This document shows positions 19,196 to 29,310 of a stretch of 64,000 nucleotides of DNA, piece by piece. The translations under genes were made by a program, and so were the position numbers. How positions within the stretch are numbered: position 1 is the first letter of the stretch; every line of letters begins with the position of its first letter. This DNA comes from an uncultured Acidimicrobiaceae bacterium. Lineage in GTDB: Bacteria; Actinomycetota; Acidimicrobiia; Acidimicrobiales; RAAP-2. The notes below the pieces were generated by a model. That model did not search any database and was not told the DNA's origin. It saw only the letters and a program-made list of their open reading frames with translations. The DNA is taken from positions 1,006,030-1,070,029 of the forward strand of contig CAVZQP010000002.1 of the NCBI GenBank assembly GCA_963777485.1, written 5' to 3'.

Positions 19196-19243
19196 GCGCA
19201 CCCGGCCGACGTTCCCTTAGGCTCCCCGGCGGAGGTCCCCAAC

Positions 19244-19465
19244 GTGCCCGTCTACGACTACCGCTGCTCGACCTGTCGCGCCGTCTTCGACGAGCGGCGG
19301 GCCATGGCCGACGCCGATGCGCCGGCCACCTGTCCCGACGGCCACGTCGGGGCGCGCCGCCTGCTTCCCGTGTTCGCCACCACCGGCCGCGCCACCGAGC
19401 CCGCCGCGGCGATGTGCGGTGCACCCGTCGCCGGCGGTTGCGGCGCCGGCTGCGCCTGCTGCTGA
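19244..19465 (+). CDS. FmdB-family zinc-ribbon putative regulatory protein
   Basis: (M)PVYDYRCSTCRAVFDE...CPDGH... with a Cys/Gly-rich tail GGCGAGCACC. GTG start. Confidence 0.8.
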   Translation: MPVYDYRCSTCRAVFDERRAMADADAPATCPDGHVGARRLLPVFATTGRATEPAAAMCGAPVAGGCGAGCACC

Positions 19466-19472
19466 GGCCGAC

Positions 19473-20576
19473 ATGTCACTCAGCTCGTGGGACGACTACC
19501 CGGTCCACCAGGCGTCGGAGTTCATTGCCCACCCAGCGACGAGCGATCGCAACTTCTACGACCGTTACTACTTCAACATGCACCCGTGCGACGACGACTG
19601 GTTTGCCATCTTCGGGATGGGCCAGTACCCGAACCTCGGTGTCGTCGACGCGTTCATCGACGTGCGGCTCGGAGGCTCCCAGCACATTGTGCGGTCCTCG
19701 GCGCCCCTGCGGGACCGGGGCGACATTTCCGTCGGGCCGTTCCGGATCGAGGTGCTCGAGCCGCTGCGCAAACTGCGGGTGATCGTCGAGCCGACCGAGG
19801 ACCGCGTGGCGATGGACGTCACCTGGGAGGGCCACATCCCCGCGGTCGAGGAGCCCCGCCAGTACCTGCGCTCCAAGGGCAAGGTCGTGTTCGACACCCA
19901 GCGCCTGGCCCAGACGGGCTTCTGGTCGGGGACGTTGTCGGCCGGGGGCAACGACCTGGCGGTGACGCCCGACCGCTGCTGGGGCACCCGTGACCGCTCG
20001 TGGGGGGTGCGCCCAGTCGGCGAGCCCGAGAGCGACGGCATCCGCCAGGGCGAGCACGTGCTGAGCGGGATGTGGAACTACTTCCCGATGCAATTCGACG
20101 ACCACGCCATCATGTACATCTGCCACGAGCGCGACGACGGGGAGCGCCCGCTCGTCCAGTCCGAGCGGGTGTGGGCCGACCCCTCGAAGGGCATTGAGGA
20201 CCTGGGCCGTTCGGAGCACGAACACCACCTGATCCCCGGCACCCGCATCATCGACCACTCGGTGCTGCGCTTCCCCGAAGCCGGGATCGAGATCGCCTGC
20301 CGGCCCATCCTGCCCAACTTCGTCTCCGTCGGCACCGGGTACGGCATCGACGCCGACTGGCGCCACGGGATGTACCACGGGCCCGAGACCGTCACCCAGG
20401 GCCTCGTCCTGTCGGTCGAAGAGATCAAGGGCATCGCCCAGTACGGCATCGTCGACAACGTCGCCGAGTTCTCCTACGACGGCAAGGTCGGTTACGGCCT
20501 GCTCGAGCACGCCTTCATCGGCCCGTACCGGCGCTACGGCCTGACGGACGGGGCCATGGGAGCACCCGGGGCGTAG
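19473..20576 (+). CDS. Conserved hypothetical protein (possible AttH/CrtC-like lipocalin-fold protein)
   Basis: 367 aa starting MSLSSWDDYPVHQ.... It contains WGTRDRSWG, a motif I associate with AttH/hydroxyneurosporene-synthase-like families. The function call is weak. Confidence 0.6.
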   Translation: MSLSSWDDYPVHQASEFIAHPATSDRNFYDRYYFNMHPCDDDWFAIFGMGQYPNLGVVDAFIDVRLGGSQHIVRSSAPLRDRGDISVGPFRIEVLEPLRKLRVIVEPTEDRVAMDVTWEGHIPAVEEPRQYLRSKGKVVFDTQRLAQTGFWSGTLSAGGNDLAVTPDRCWGTRDRSWGVRPVGEPESDGIRQGEHVLSGMWNYFPMQFDDHAIMYICHERDDGERPLVQSERVWADPSKGIEDLGRSEHEHHLIPGTRIIDHSVLRFPEAGIEIACRPILPNFVSVGTGYGIDADWRHGMYHGPETVTQGLVLSVEEIKGIAQYGIVDNVAEFSYDGKVGYGLLEHAFIGPYRRYGLTDGAMGAPGA

Positions 20577-20634
20577 ACGCGGACTCGCCCGCCGGCCCGG
20601 GTCGGCTGGCGCCGGGGCCATGCGAAGATGGGGG

Positions 20635-22362
20635 ATGCCCGACGCCGTCCGCGTGCTCGCCGACCGGCTCCAGGCCGCCTTCGACACCGTGTCGCCCGGC
20701 GCCGATCCCGTGCTGCGCCTGTCGGACCGCGCCGACTTCCAGGCCAACGGCGCCCTGCCCCTCGGCAAACAGCTGAGCCGGCCGCCGCGCGAGGTAGCGG
20801 AGCAGGTGGTGGCAGCAGCGGACCTCGATGGCGTTTGCTCGCTGGTGGAGGTGAGCGGGCCCGGATTCATCAACCTGAGGCTGTCCGACGATTTCATCGC
20901 GTCGAAGGCGGCCGAGGTCTCGGCCGACCCCCGCCTCGGAGCCCCGAAGGCGGAGACGCCACAGACCGTGCTGATCGACTACTCCTCGCCCAACGTGGCC
21001 AAGGAGATGCACGTCGGGCACCTGCGCGCCACGAACATCGGCGACGCGCTGGCCCGAGTGCTGACGTTCCAAGGCCATACGGTGCTGCGGGAGAACCACA
21101 TCGGCGACTGGGGGACGCCGTTCGGCATGCTGATCGAGCACCTGCTGGACGTGGACGGCGCAGCCAACGCGGAGTCCTTCAACGTGCGCGACCTGAACGA
21201 GTTCTACGCTGCGGCCCGCGTCCAGTTCGACAGCGATCCCGAGTTCGCGGAGCGGAGCCGGCGCCGTGTCGTCCTGCTCCAGAGTGGTGACCCCGAGACG
21301 ATGCGGTTGTGGCACATCTTCGTGGCCGAGAGCATGCGGCACGCCCGCGAGGTGTACGAGATGCTCGGCGTGCTCCTCACCGAGGAGGACACCGTCGGTG
21401 AGAGCTTCTACAACTCGTTGCTGCCGGTCGTGGTCGACGAACTGACCGAGAAAGGACTCCTGGTCGAGGACGACGGCGCGTTGTGCGTGTTCCCCGAAGG
21501 GTTCGCCAACCGCCAGGGGGACCCGCTGCCGCTCATCGTGCGGAAGTCCGACGGCGGGTACGGGTACCCGGCCACCGACCTGGCGGCGGTGCGTGACCGC
21601 ACCGGCCGGCTTGGCGCCGAGCGGTTGCTCTATGTCGTCGGAGCCGAGCAGTCGCTGCACCTGCGGATGGTCTTCGCGGTGTCCGTGTTGGCCGGCTACC
21701 TGCGCGAGGAGGCGGACGCCGCCCACGTCGCGTTCGGGCTCGTACTCGGCACCGACGGCAAGAAGCTTGCCAGCCGCGGTGGCGGCTCGGAGCGGCTGGT
21801 CGATCTGCTGTCGGAGGGGGTCGAACGGGCCGCGACCGCCATGAAGGACCGCGATCGCGAGAGCGACCTCTCGCCCGACCAGCAGGCGGCCGTGGCGAGG
21901 GCGCTCGGCATCGGCGCCATCAAGTACGCCGACCTGTCCACCGAGCCGATGCGCGACTACGTCTTCGACTGGGATCGCATGCTCGCATTCGAGGGCGACA
22001 CGGGCCCGTATCTCCAGTACGCGCACGCCCGCATCCGCTCGATCTTCCGGCGCGCCGAGGCGGGCCCACCGCCTGCCGGCTTCACCCCGCGGCTCGACGA
22101 GGAGCCCGAGCGCGCCCTGGCGTTCCACCTCCTACGGTTCGGCGAGGCGGTCGAGGCGACAGCCGAGAACCTCAGCCCGTCCAAGCTCTGCACCTATCTC
22201 TTCGACCTTGCCACCGTCTTCACGACGTTCTACGAGGCCTGCCGGGTGCTCGTGGACGACGAGGACGTGCGGACCTCGCGGCTCGCACTGTGCGACCTCA
22301 CGGCGCGGGTGCTCCAGCAGGGCCTCTCGCTGCTGGGCATGGAGGCCCCCGCGCAAATGTGA
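20635..22362 (+). CDS. argS: Arginine--tRNA ligase
   Basis: Class I HIGH-type motif (AKEMHVGHLR) and a C-terminal DALR anticodon-binding region (...YLQYAHARIRSI...). Confidence 0.95.
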   Translation: MPDAVRVLADRLQAAFDTVSPGADPVLRLSDRADFQANGALPLGKQLSRPPREVAEQVVAAADLDGVCSLVEVSGPGFINLRLSDDFIASKAAEVSADPRLGAPKAETPQTVLIDYSSPNVAKEMHVGHLRATNIGDALARVLTFQGHTVLRENHIGDWGTPFGMLIEHLLDVDGAANAESFNVRDLNEFYAAARVQFDSDPEFAERSRRRVVLLQSGDPETMRLWHIFVAESMRHAREVYEMLGVLLTEEDTVGESFYNSLLPVVVDELTEKGLLVEDDGALCVFPEGFANRQGDPLPLIVRKSDGGYGYPATDLAAVRDRTGRLGAERLLYVVGAEQSLHLRMVFAVSVLAGYLREEADAAHVAFGLVLGTDGKKLASRGGGSERLVDLLSEGVERAATAMKDRDRESDLSPDQQAAVARALGIGAIKYADLSTEPMRDYVFDWDRMLAFEGDTGPYLQYAHARIRSIFRRAEAGPPPAGFTPRLDEEPERALAFHLLRFGEAVEATAENLSPSKLCTYLFDLATVFTTFYEACRVLVDDEDVRTSRLALCDLTARVLQQGLSLLGMEAPAQM

Positions 22363-22426
22363 CCGGGGCGGGTGCGGACCCTATCCTCTGGCCCGCACAA
22401 CACGACCCTCAAGGAGCGGCAGAGAG

Positions 22427-23203
22427 ATGGATCTGAACGGCACGTCGGCAATCGTCACGGGAGGCGCCTCGGGGCTCGGTGAGGCCACGGCACGCCTGCT
22501 GGCCGAGCGGGGCGTCCACGTCGTCGTCGCCGACCTCCAGGCGGACAAGGGAGAGCCGCTGGCGAAGGAGCTCGGTGGGTTGTTCGTCCAGACCGACGTC
22601 ACCAACACCGAGCAGGTCATCGCCGCGGTCGAGGCGGCCATCGAGATGGCGCCGTTGAAGTCGCTCGTCAACTGTGCCGGCATCGGCTGGGCCACCCGCA
22701 CCATCGGCCGGGACGGGGACTACGCATCGGCCCACGACCTCGACCTCTACCGCCGGGTGATCGAGATCAACCTCATCGGCACGTTCAACTGCGTCCGCTT
22801 GGCGGCGACCAAGATGAGCTTGAACGAGCCCGACGCCGACGGCGCCCGCGGCGCCATCGTCAACACCTCGTCAGTGGCTGGGGAAGACGGCCAGATCGGC
22901 CAGGCCGCCTACTCGTCGTCGAAGGGTGGCGTGATCGGGATGACCCTGCCCGTAGCCCGCGACCTCGCGGTCGTCGGCATCCGGGTCAACACGATCCTCC
23001 CCGGGCTCATCGACACACCGATCTACGGCGCGGGCGAGGGCTCCGATGCGTTCAAGAGCAAACTGGCGCAGGACGTCCTGTTCCCGCACCGCCTGGGCAA
23101 CTCGAGCGAGTTCGCCACGCTCGCGGTCGAGCTCCTGAGCAACTCGTACATGAACGCGGAATCGATCCGGCTCGACGCCGGCATCCGGATGCAGCCGAAG
23201 TAA
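22427..23203 (+). CDS. SDR-family NAD(P)-dependent oxidoreductase (3-hydroxyacyl-CoA dehydrogenase type-2-like)
   Basis: TGGASGLG cofactor motif, NCAG, catalytic YSSSK. Confidence 0.85.
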   Translation: MDLNGTSAIVTGGASGLGEATARLLAERGVHVVVADLQADKGEPLAKELGGLFVQTDVTNTEQVIAAVEAAIEMAPLKSLVNCAGIGWATRTIGRDGDYASAHDLDLYRRVIEINLIGTFNCVRLAATKMSLNEPDADGARGAIVNTSSVAGEDGQIGQAAYSSSKGGVIGMTLPVARDLAVVGIRVNTILPGLIDTPIYGAGEGSDAFKSKLAQDVLFPHRLGNSSEFATLAVELLSNSYMNAESIRLDAGIRMQPK

Positions 23204-23231
23204 CACCGAGCGAGCGGGGGAGGGCAGGACC

Positions 23232-24188
23232 ATGATTGATCCGGAGCTGGAGGCGGTCCTCGAGTTCATGCCGGTCATCGACCTCGACGACCCGGTAGTG
23301 GCGCGACGCGAGTTCGAGAAGCTGATCGTCGCGATGCGGACGCCGATGCCCGAAGAGGAGCGGCTCGACATCGAGGACCGCTTGATCCCCGGCTGGGAGG
23401 GCGACTCCGAGGTCTCCGTGCGGGTCTACCGCCCGAAAGCGGTCGCCGCGGAGCCGGGCACGACGGTGCCAGGGATCCTCCAGATCCATGGCGGGGGCTT
23501 CATCGTCGGCAGCGTGGAGTCCGAGCATGCGGGCGCGGTGCTCACGGCGGCGAACCTCGGTGCGGTGCTCGTGTCGGTCGAGTACCGCCTGGCACCCGAG
23601 CACCCGTACCCCGCCGGATTGCACGACTGCTACGCGGCGCTGTCCTTCCTCCATGCAGAGGCGGGTGCGCTCGGCGTGGACCCGGAGCGGATCGCGCTGA
23701 TGGGTGCGAGTGCGGGCGGCGGTCTGGCTGCCGCCACCGCCCTGCTGGCCCGCGACCGGGGCGGACCACCGGTCTGCTTCCAGATGCTGCACATCCCCGA
23801 GCTCGACGACCGGCTCGCGACGGCGTCGATGCTGAAGTTCGTGGACTCTCCGCTCTGGAACCGGCCATTGGCGGTGAAGAGCTGGCAGTTCTATCTCGGG
23901 GATCTCTCCGGGACGGGCGACGTGCCCATCTACGCGGCACCGGCGCGGGCGACGGACCTGGCAGGGCTACCGCCGGCCTACGTCTCCACCGCGGAGAACG
24001 ACCCGCTGCGCGACGAGGGCATCGCGTATGCGTTGGCGATGCTGCAGGCCGGCGTGTCGGTCGAGCTGCACCAGTTCCCTGGCACGTTCCATGGCTCGGC
24101 CCTCGTGACAGAGGCGGCGGTGTCGCGCCGTGCGGCGCAGGAGGCGTCGGTCGTCTTGCGTCGGGCGCTGGGAGTGGCCGAGACGTAA
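23232..24188 (+). CDS. Alpha/beta hydrolase, hormone-sensitive-lipase-type esterase
   Basis: Oxyanion HGGGF, nucleophile elbow GASAGG, and a late DPLRDEG plus H motif. Confidence 0.85.
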   Translation: MIDPELEAVLEFMPVIDLDDPVVARREFEKLIVAMRTPMPEEERLDIEDRLIPGWEGDSEVSVRVYRPKAVAAEPGTTVPGILQIHGGGFIVGSVESEHAGAVLTAANLGAVLVSVEYRLAPEHPYPAGLHDCYAALSFLHAEAGALGVDPERIALMGASAGGGLAAATALLARDRGGPPVCFQMLHIPELDDRLATASMLKFVDSPLWNRPLAVKSWQFYLGDLSGTGDVPIYAAPARATDLAGLPPAYVSTAENDPLRDEGIAYALAMLQAGVSVELHQFPGTFHGSALVTEAAVSRRAAQEASVVLRRALGVAET

Positions 24189-24216
24189 GGGAACCGGAAC
24201 GCCGGGCCCCCAGGCG

Positions 24217-27200
24217 TTACCAGCCCGTAGCGGCGATGATCGAACCGTTGAGCGCGGTACCGAGCATGGAGCCGTCGTTCGGCGCGTTGCCATAGTTGAC
24301 GACGGCACCGTCGGCCGAGGCCACCCAGTACCCGCCTCCGTCGGCCGTCGTGAAGATCGCGGTGGCGGGGTTGAAACCGCCCATCTGACCGGCCGGGCTC
24401 CCGAAGTTGGCGGCATCGCCGTAGTCGTCGATGGCCCCGTTGGCGAAGAGGACCCAGTACCCGTTTCCGTCAGGGGTGCGCACTGCGGACGTGACCGGCG
24501 AGCCTTGAGGTCCGGGGGCCCCGTAGTACGGGGCGTCACCGAACGTGTAGACGTGGCCGCTCTGGGTCACGAGCCAGTAGCCGTTGCCGCTGGCGTCAGG
24601 CATCACCGCCACGGCCGCACCGGTGCAGCCGCCGATCCCCGGGCAGCTGCCGGCGAAGCGGGCATCGCCGAAGGCGAAGACGCCGCCGTCGGAGGCGACC
24701 ATGAAGTACCCGCGGCCGTCCGCGGACGGCACCATGCCCACAATGGGTGCGTTGAGCGAATTGGGCAACCCCGAGCCGGCTGGGTGGAGCCCGAGCCCGG
24801 GGATCGATCCGTAGAAGCCCGCGTCACCGAAGGCGAAGATCCCTCCGTCCGACGCGTCGAGCCAGTACCCGCCGCGGTCGGCGGTCGGCACGATGCCCAC
24901 GACAGGCCGCTGCAGTCGCAACGAGCCCGTCGAGCCGTAGAACTGGGCCGAGCCGAACGTGAAGATCCCGCCGTCGGAGCCGACCAGCCAGTAGCCGTGG
25001 GTCGGTTGCGGAGGCGGCGGTGGCGGATCGTTGACCACGAGGGTCGTCGTCCCAGACGAGCCTGAGAACAACGGTGTTGCCGGCATACGTTCCGGTGATC
25101 GTGTCGGTGCCGACCGGCGCCGCCGAGGATGTGCAGGAAACGGTGCCGTTCGAGAACGTCACTGTGCAGAGTGGTGTCGATCCTGCCGAGAACGTGAACG
25201 AGCCGCTCGGAGTGGGCACTCCCGGTGGCGGTTGTGGACACCGTTGCCGAGTAGGTGACCGTGGCACCTTGTGTCACGGAAGCGGGGGTCGCGCCGATCG
25301 ACGTCTGTGACGGTGCTTTGTTGACGACGAGTGGCGTCATCCCGGTCGAACCGACGAACACGGAGTCGCCTGTGTACGTCGCCGAGATCGTGTCGGTCCC
25401 GACCGGAGCGAGCGAGGAAGTGCAGGAACCGGAAGCACCGGTTCCCGCACTTGACAACTGCGCGGTGCAGAGTGTCGATCCCGTGGAGAACGTGACCGAC
25501 CCCGTGGGGTTAGATAATCCCGTGACACTCGTCGTCACCGTCGCCGAGTAGGTGACCGAGGTTCCAATGGTCACCGGGCTGGGGCTCGTCGATCGTCGTC
25601 TGTGACGGCTCTTCGACGACGAGGCTCGTCGTCCCGGTCGACCCCGTGAAATTGGTGTCACCGGAATAGGCGCCCGAAATCGTGTCGGTCCCGACCGGGG
25701 CGGCAGCAGTGGAGCTGCACGAACCGCTGCCGTTTGACACAATGTCGGCAGTGCAAAGCGACGTCGATCCTGCCGTGAACGTGACCGACCCAGTCGGAGT
25801 GGGCAATCCCTGGAACGCTCGTCGTCACCGTCGTCGAGTAGGTGACCGAGGATCCCAGCGCCACCGGGCTCGGGGTCGCGCCGATCGAGGTCTGTGTCGA
25901 TGCGGGGTTCACGATGAGGCCCGTCGTCATGTTGGACCCCGAGAACAGGCTGTCGCCGGAGTAGGCACCCGAAATCGTGTCGGTTCCGGCCGGGGCGCAG
26001 CGGTGGAACTGCACGAACCACTGCCGTTCGAGATCAACGTCGCCGTGCACAGCGAGGTTGATCCCGTGGTGAACGTAACCGTCCCAGTCGGGGTGGGAAA
26101 CCCTGAGACGCTGGTCGTGACGGTCGTCGAGTAGGTGACCGAGGATCCCAGCGTCACCGTGCTCGGGCTCACGTCGATCGAGGTCTGCGATGGTGCTTTG
26201 TTGACGACAAGTGGCGCGGTCCCTGTCGAGTGCCCGAAGACGGAGTCGCTCGAGTACGTTCCCGTAATCGTGTCCATACCGGCCGGAGCGGCAGAAGTAC
26301 TACAACTACCGGTGCCGTTCGTCAGCGGCGCCGTGCAGAGCGTGGTCGCACCTGTCGTGAACGTGACCGAGCCGGTCGGGGTGGGCAAACCTGTGACGAC
26401 GCTCGTCACAGTCGCCGCGTAGGTGACCGAGGAACCGAACGTCACCGGGCTGGGGCTCGCGCTAACCGCTGTCTGTGACGCTTCTTCGACGACCAGCGTG
26501 GTCGTGCCGGTTGAAGCCGACAACCCGCTCCGCCCGAATATGTGCCGAAAACAAGGTCGGTGCCGAACGGGGCGGCGGAGGAGCTGCACGAACCGTTGCC
26601 GCTCGACAGTGTCGCGGTACACAGCGGCGTCGACCCCGTCGAGAACGTGACCGAACCGCTCGGGGTTCCACCGGTCACCGTTGCCGAGTAGGTGACCGAC
26701 GATACCCAAGGTCCGACCGGGTTCTGGGCGCTCGCAGTGACCATGGTCCCTGTCGAAGGTTGGCCGTACGTCACGTTGAGGTCGGAAGCGCCCGGGATCG
26801 TCGGAAAGGCAAAGTGGTTGTCTGTGACCCATTCACCATTCGGATGAGCGTCGGCGTGTTACCCGTCGGATTGGATGTCGTGTAGTCGAGATTGGTGAAG
26901 TTCGCGGTGCCGAAGTTCGCGAGTGGCGGCTGACTCGGCTTCTCCGAAGTCATCTCCTCGATCCATTCGGCCGAGTTCGCGGGTTGGCCGTCTGTACCGC
27001 GTCCGCCGTACGGGAAGGAGTTGGTGAAGCTATGGCCCAATGTGTGGTCGGTGATAGAGATGGTCCAAGTTCCCTGCGTCGTAGACGTAGGTGGCGAGAC
27101 CTGGAAGATGTCGGCGGTCATGTGATCGCCGGGATTGACGCCGAAAATATCGGGACTCTCGGCATTCGGGAGGATCTCCCACCAGGCGTCGTAGCTCGCA

Positions 27201-27709
27201 ACCCCCCCTGAAAGGTCCTGTTCGGTGCCGGCCTGAATGAGGTCATGGTTGCTGAACCCGTCGATGCCGATCCACGACGACGACACCGCCGGGACGGAGG
27301 CGACTGGATCGTAGGCACAGTCCACGAGGCGCTGACGCCTGTGTAGGTCGCACCGATCTGCGCCAGCCCGGCCCAGTTGCCGGACGAGCACGTTGGCGGC
27401 TTGCTCGCCCGACAGGTATGGGTTCTGGGCCATCAGCCCGGGGACCCGATGGTCGTAGGTGGGCTGGAGCCCAGTGGTAGTGGGGTGACCCGATACCGAC
27501 CGGGACGTCGGCGCGGCTTGTTCTGCCGGTTGGGCGTGCGACGGCACCGGGACGCTCTGGGCGGCCTGTACTGCTCGTTGGCCGTGCGCCGACGTCGGGA
27601 TGCCCTCGCCAGCCCCGACCGCGGTCGTCCCCCCCAGGAGCACCCCACCCGTGACCAGGACCGCGACCACGAGTTGGCGCGCTGCCTGCCTAACTCTGAT
27701 CAAGTGCAA
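24217..27709 (-). pseudogene. Mosaic surface protein (signal peptide, G1/eqolisin glutamic peptidase, 6 Ig-like repeats, poly-Pro, 6-blade GYWL propeller), readable only across about 9 frame breaks
   Basis: Minus-strand ORFs 26771..27709, 26442..26774, 25927..26832, 25658..26050, 25510..25806, 24603..26021, 24824..25267 and 24217..25086 each carry consecutive pieces of one repeat protein in different frames. See findings for break coordinates. Confidence 0.6.
25035..26775 (-). repeat. Six tandem ~290-bp coding repeats (Ig-like, Big_3_5-type: ..VTYSATVT...PTGSVTFxxGSTxLCTAxL..GSGSCSS.AAPxGTDTIxGxYSGDSxF.GSTG..LVV)
   Basis: The repeat units are read from the translated minus-strand ORF fragments. 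Confidence 0.7.
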
Positions 27710-27826
27710 TCTCCCCCAGATCCCACCGCCTCACCGCCAAATCGTAACCAGCGCCCCCTCAGTTATCGGCGCGTCGGGCGGCCGACCCTTAATCTCCTGT
27801 TCGGACAAAGGATCGGGTCGCAAATT

Positions 27827-28471
27827 ATGGCGTTCAAGGGCTGGCCGGACACCGCACTGGCCTTCTACGAGGGGCTCGAGGCGGACAACTCGAAGGCCTA
27901 CTGGCTCGACCACAAGGAGGTCTACGAGCGCGACGTCAAGGCGCCGATGGACGCCCTGCTCGCCGAGCTCACCGCCGAGTTCGGCGAGACCAAGCTCTTC
28001 CGCCCGTACCGCGACACCCGCTTCAGCCGGGACAAGTCGCCCTACAAAACGGCGATTGCAGCCACGATCGGATCGGGCTATGTCCAACTGTCGGCCGACG
28101 GCCTGTTCGCCGGCGGCGGGACGTACCACATGATGCCGGACCAGCTCGCCCGCTTCCGGAAGGCGATCGACGCCGACAAGTCCGGCAAGGACCTCGAGAA
28201 GGTCATCGCCACCGTGACGAAGTCCGGCCTCGACGTGCACGCGCCCGAGGAGCTCAAGACGGCGCCGAAGGGCTACCCCAAGGACCACCGGCGCATCGCA
28301 TTGTTGCGGATGAAGGGCCTCGTAGCCGCGCGCTCGTGGGAGCCGGCTACGTGGCTCCGAACCGCCGGCGCCAAGAAGCGCGTCGTCGAAACACTGCGCG
28401 CCACCAATCCGCTCCTCACGTGGCTCGAGGCCAACGTCGGCCCCTCGACCGAGATCGAGGGGCCGCGCTAA
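27827..28471 (+). CDS. DUF2461 (TIGR02453) family protein
   Basis: MAFKGWPDTALAFYEGLEADNSKAYW...FRPYRDTRFSRDKSPYKT... is the family hallmark. Internal ATG at 27827 chosen. Confidence 0.75.
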   Translation: MAFKGWPDTALAFYEGLEADNSKAYWLDHKEVYERDVKAPMDALLAELTAEFGETKLFRPYRDTRFSRDKSPYKTAIAATIGSGYVQLSADGLFAGGGTYHMMPDQLARFRKAIDADKSGKDLEKVIATVTKSGLDVHAPEELKTAPKGYPKDHRRIALLRMKGLVAARSWEPATWLRTAGAKKRVVETLRATNPLLTWLEANVGPSTEIEGPR

Positions 28472-28486
28472 CCGGAGCCGGCCGGG

Positions 28487-29281
28487 CTACGCCGCCCGGA
28501 ACGAGGTCATCGAGAGCGAACCGTAGGCGTATCCGTCGACCACCACCTCCGGCCGCACGCCCGACGCCGCCGCCAGCCCGGCGAAGTACACGAACGGGAT
28601 GAAGTGATCGGGCGTCGGCACAGCGTGTTGGTAGTCGGCATGCCGGGTGAGCTTCAACACGTCGGCCGGCGTGTCGAGCACCATGGCGCGCGCCGACTCG
28701 TCGAAGCGCTCCGCCCAGTCGTACGCCCCGTCAGGCTGGCTCCAGTCGATCACGCGCAGGTTGTGGACCACGTTGCCGCTCGCCAGAATCAGCACGCCGC
28801 GCGTGCGCAGCGGTGCGAGGCGCCGGGCCAGGTCCAGATGCGAGTCGAGCGGTTCGAGCGAGTTGATCGCCAACTGGACGACCGGCACGTCCGCCTTCGG
28901 GTACATGTGGGTCAGCACGGACCAGGCACCGTGGTCGATGCCCCAGCTGTCGGAGTCGAGGCCGACCCAGCGCGGCTTGACCACCTCGGCCACCTCCGCC
29001 GCGACCTCCGGCGAGCCCGGGCACGGGTACTGCACCTCGAAGAGCTCGTCGGGAAAGCCGAAGAAGTCGTGGATGGTCCGGGGCTCGGACATCGCCGTGA
29101 CCGCCGTCGCGTTGGTGTACCAGTGCGCCGAGATGCACAGCACCGCCCGTGGCGGCTCCGGCAGCGCCGCCGTCACATCCGCCCACGCCTCGGTGAAGCG
29201 GTTGTGCTGCAGGGCGTTCATCGGGTTCCCGTGGCCGACGAACACCACGGGCATTGCAGTGGCCTCGGCGCGGGGCTTCAT
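28487..29281 (-). CDS. Class III extradiol dioxygenase, 4,5-DOPA-dioxygenase (YgiD)-like
   Basis: [15 protein letters not shown]...ISAHW...[13 protein letters not shown]. An alternative start at 29254 has the better SD. Confidence 0.8.
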   Translation of the reverse strand: MKPRAEATAMPVVFVGHGNPMNALQHNRFTEAWADVTAALPEPPRAVLCISAHWYTNATAVTAMSEPRTIHDFFGFPDELFEVQYPCPGSPEVAAEVAEVVKPRWVGLDSDSWGIDHGAWSVLTHMYPKADVPVVQLAINSLEPLDSHLDLARRLAPLRTRGVLILASGNVVHNLRVIDWSQPDGAYDWAERFDESARAMVLDTPADVLKLTRHADYQHAVPTPDHFIPFVYFAGLAAASGVRPEVVVDGYAYGSLSMTSFRAA

Positions 29282-29310
29282 GCAAGCACCCTACGGCCGT
29301 ACGCTGCGCC

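Noticed and set aside
24198-24218. Hairpin aacgccggg-cc-cccaggcgtt as a bidirectional terminator between the esterase and the propeller gene
   Set aside because: The stem is short and bulged, it overlaps the minus-strand stop codon, and there is no U-tract. This is too weak to call.
25035-26775. Tandem repeat array as a possible CRISPR or non-coding satellite
   Set aside because: The units are ~290 bp, diverged, contiguous without spacers, and translate into Ig-like domains. No cas genes are present.
24217-27709. Programmed frameshifting, phase variation or diversity-generating retroelement as the cause of the frame breaks
   Set aside because: There is no slippery heptamer plus pseudoknot pattern and no long homopolymer or SSR at the breaks (at most 3-4-nt runs). 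There is no reverse transcriptase or template repeat nearby. Nine independent programmed events are implausible.
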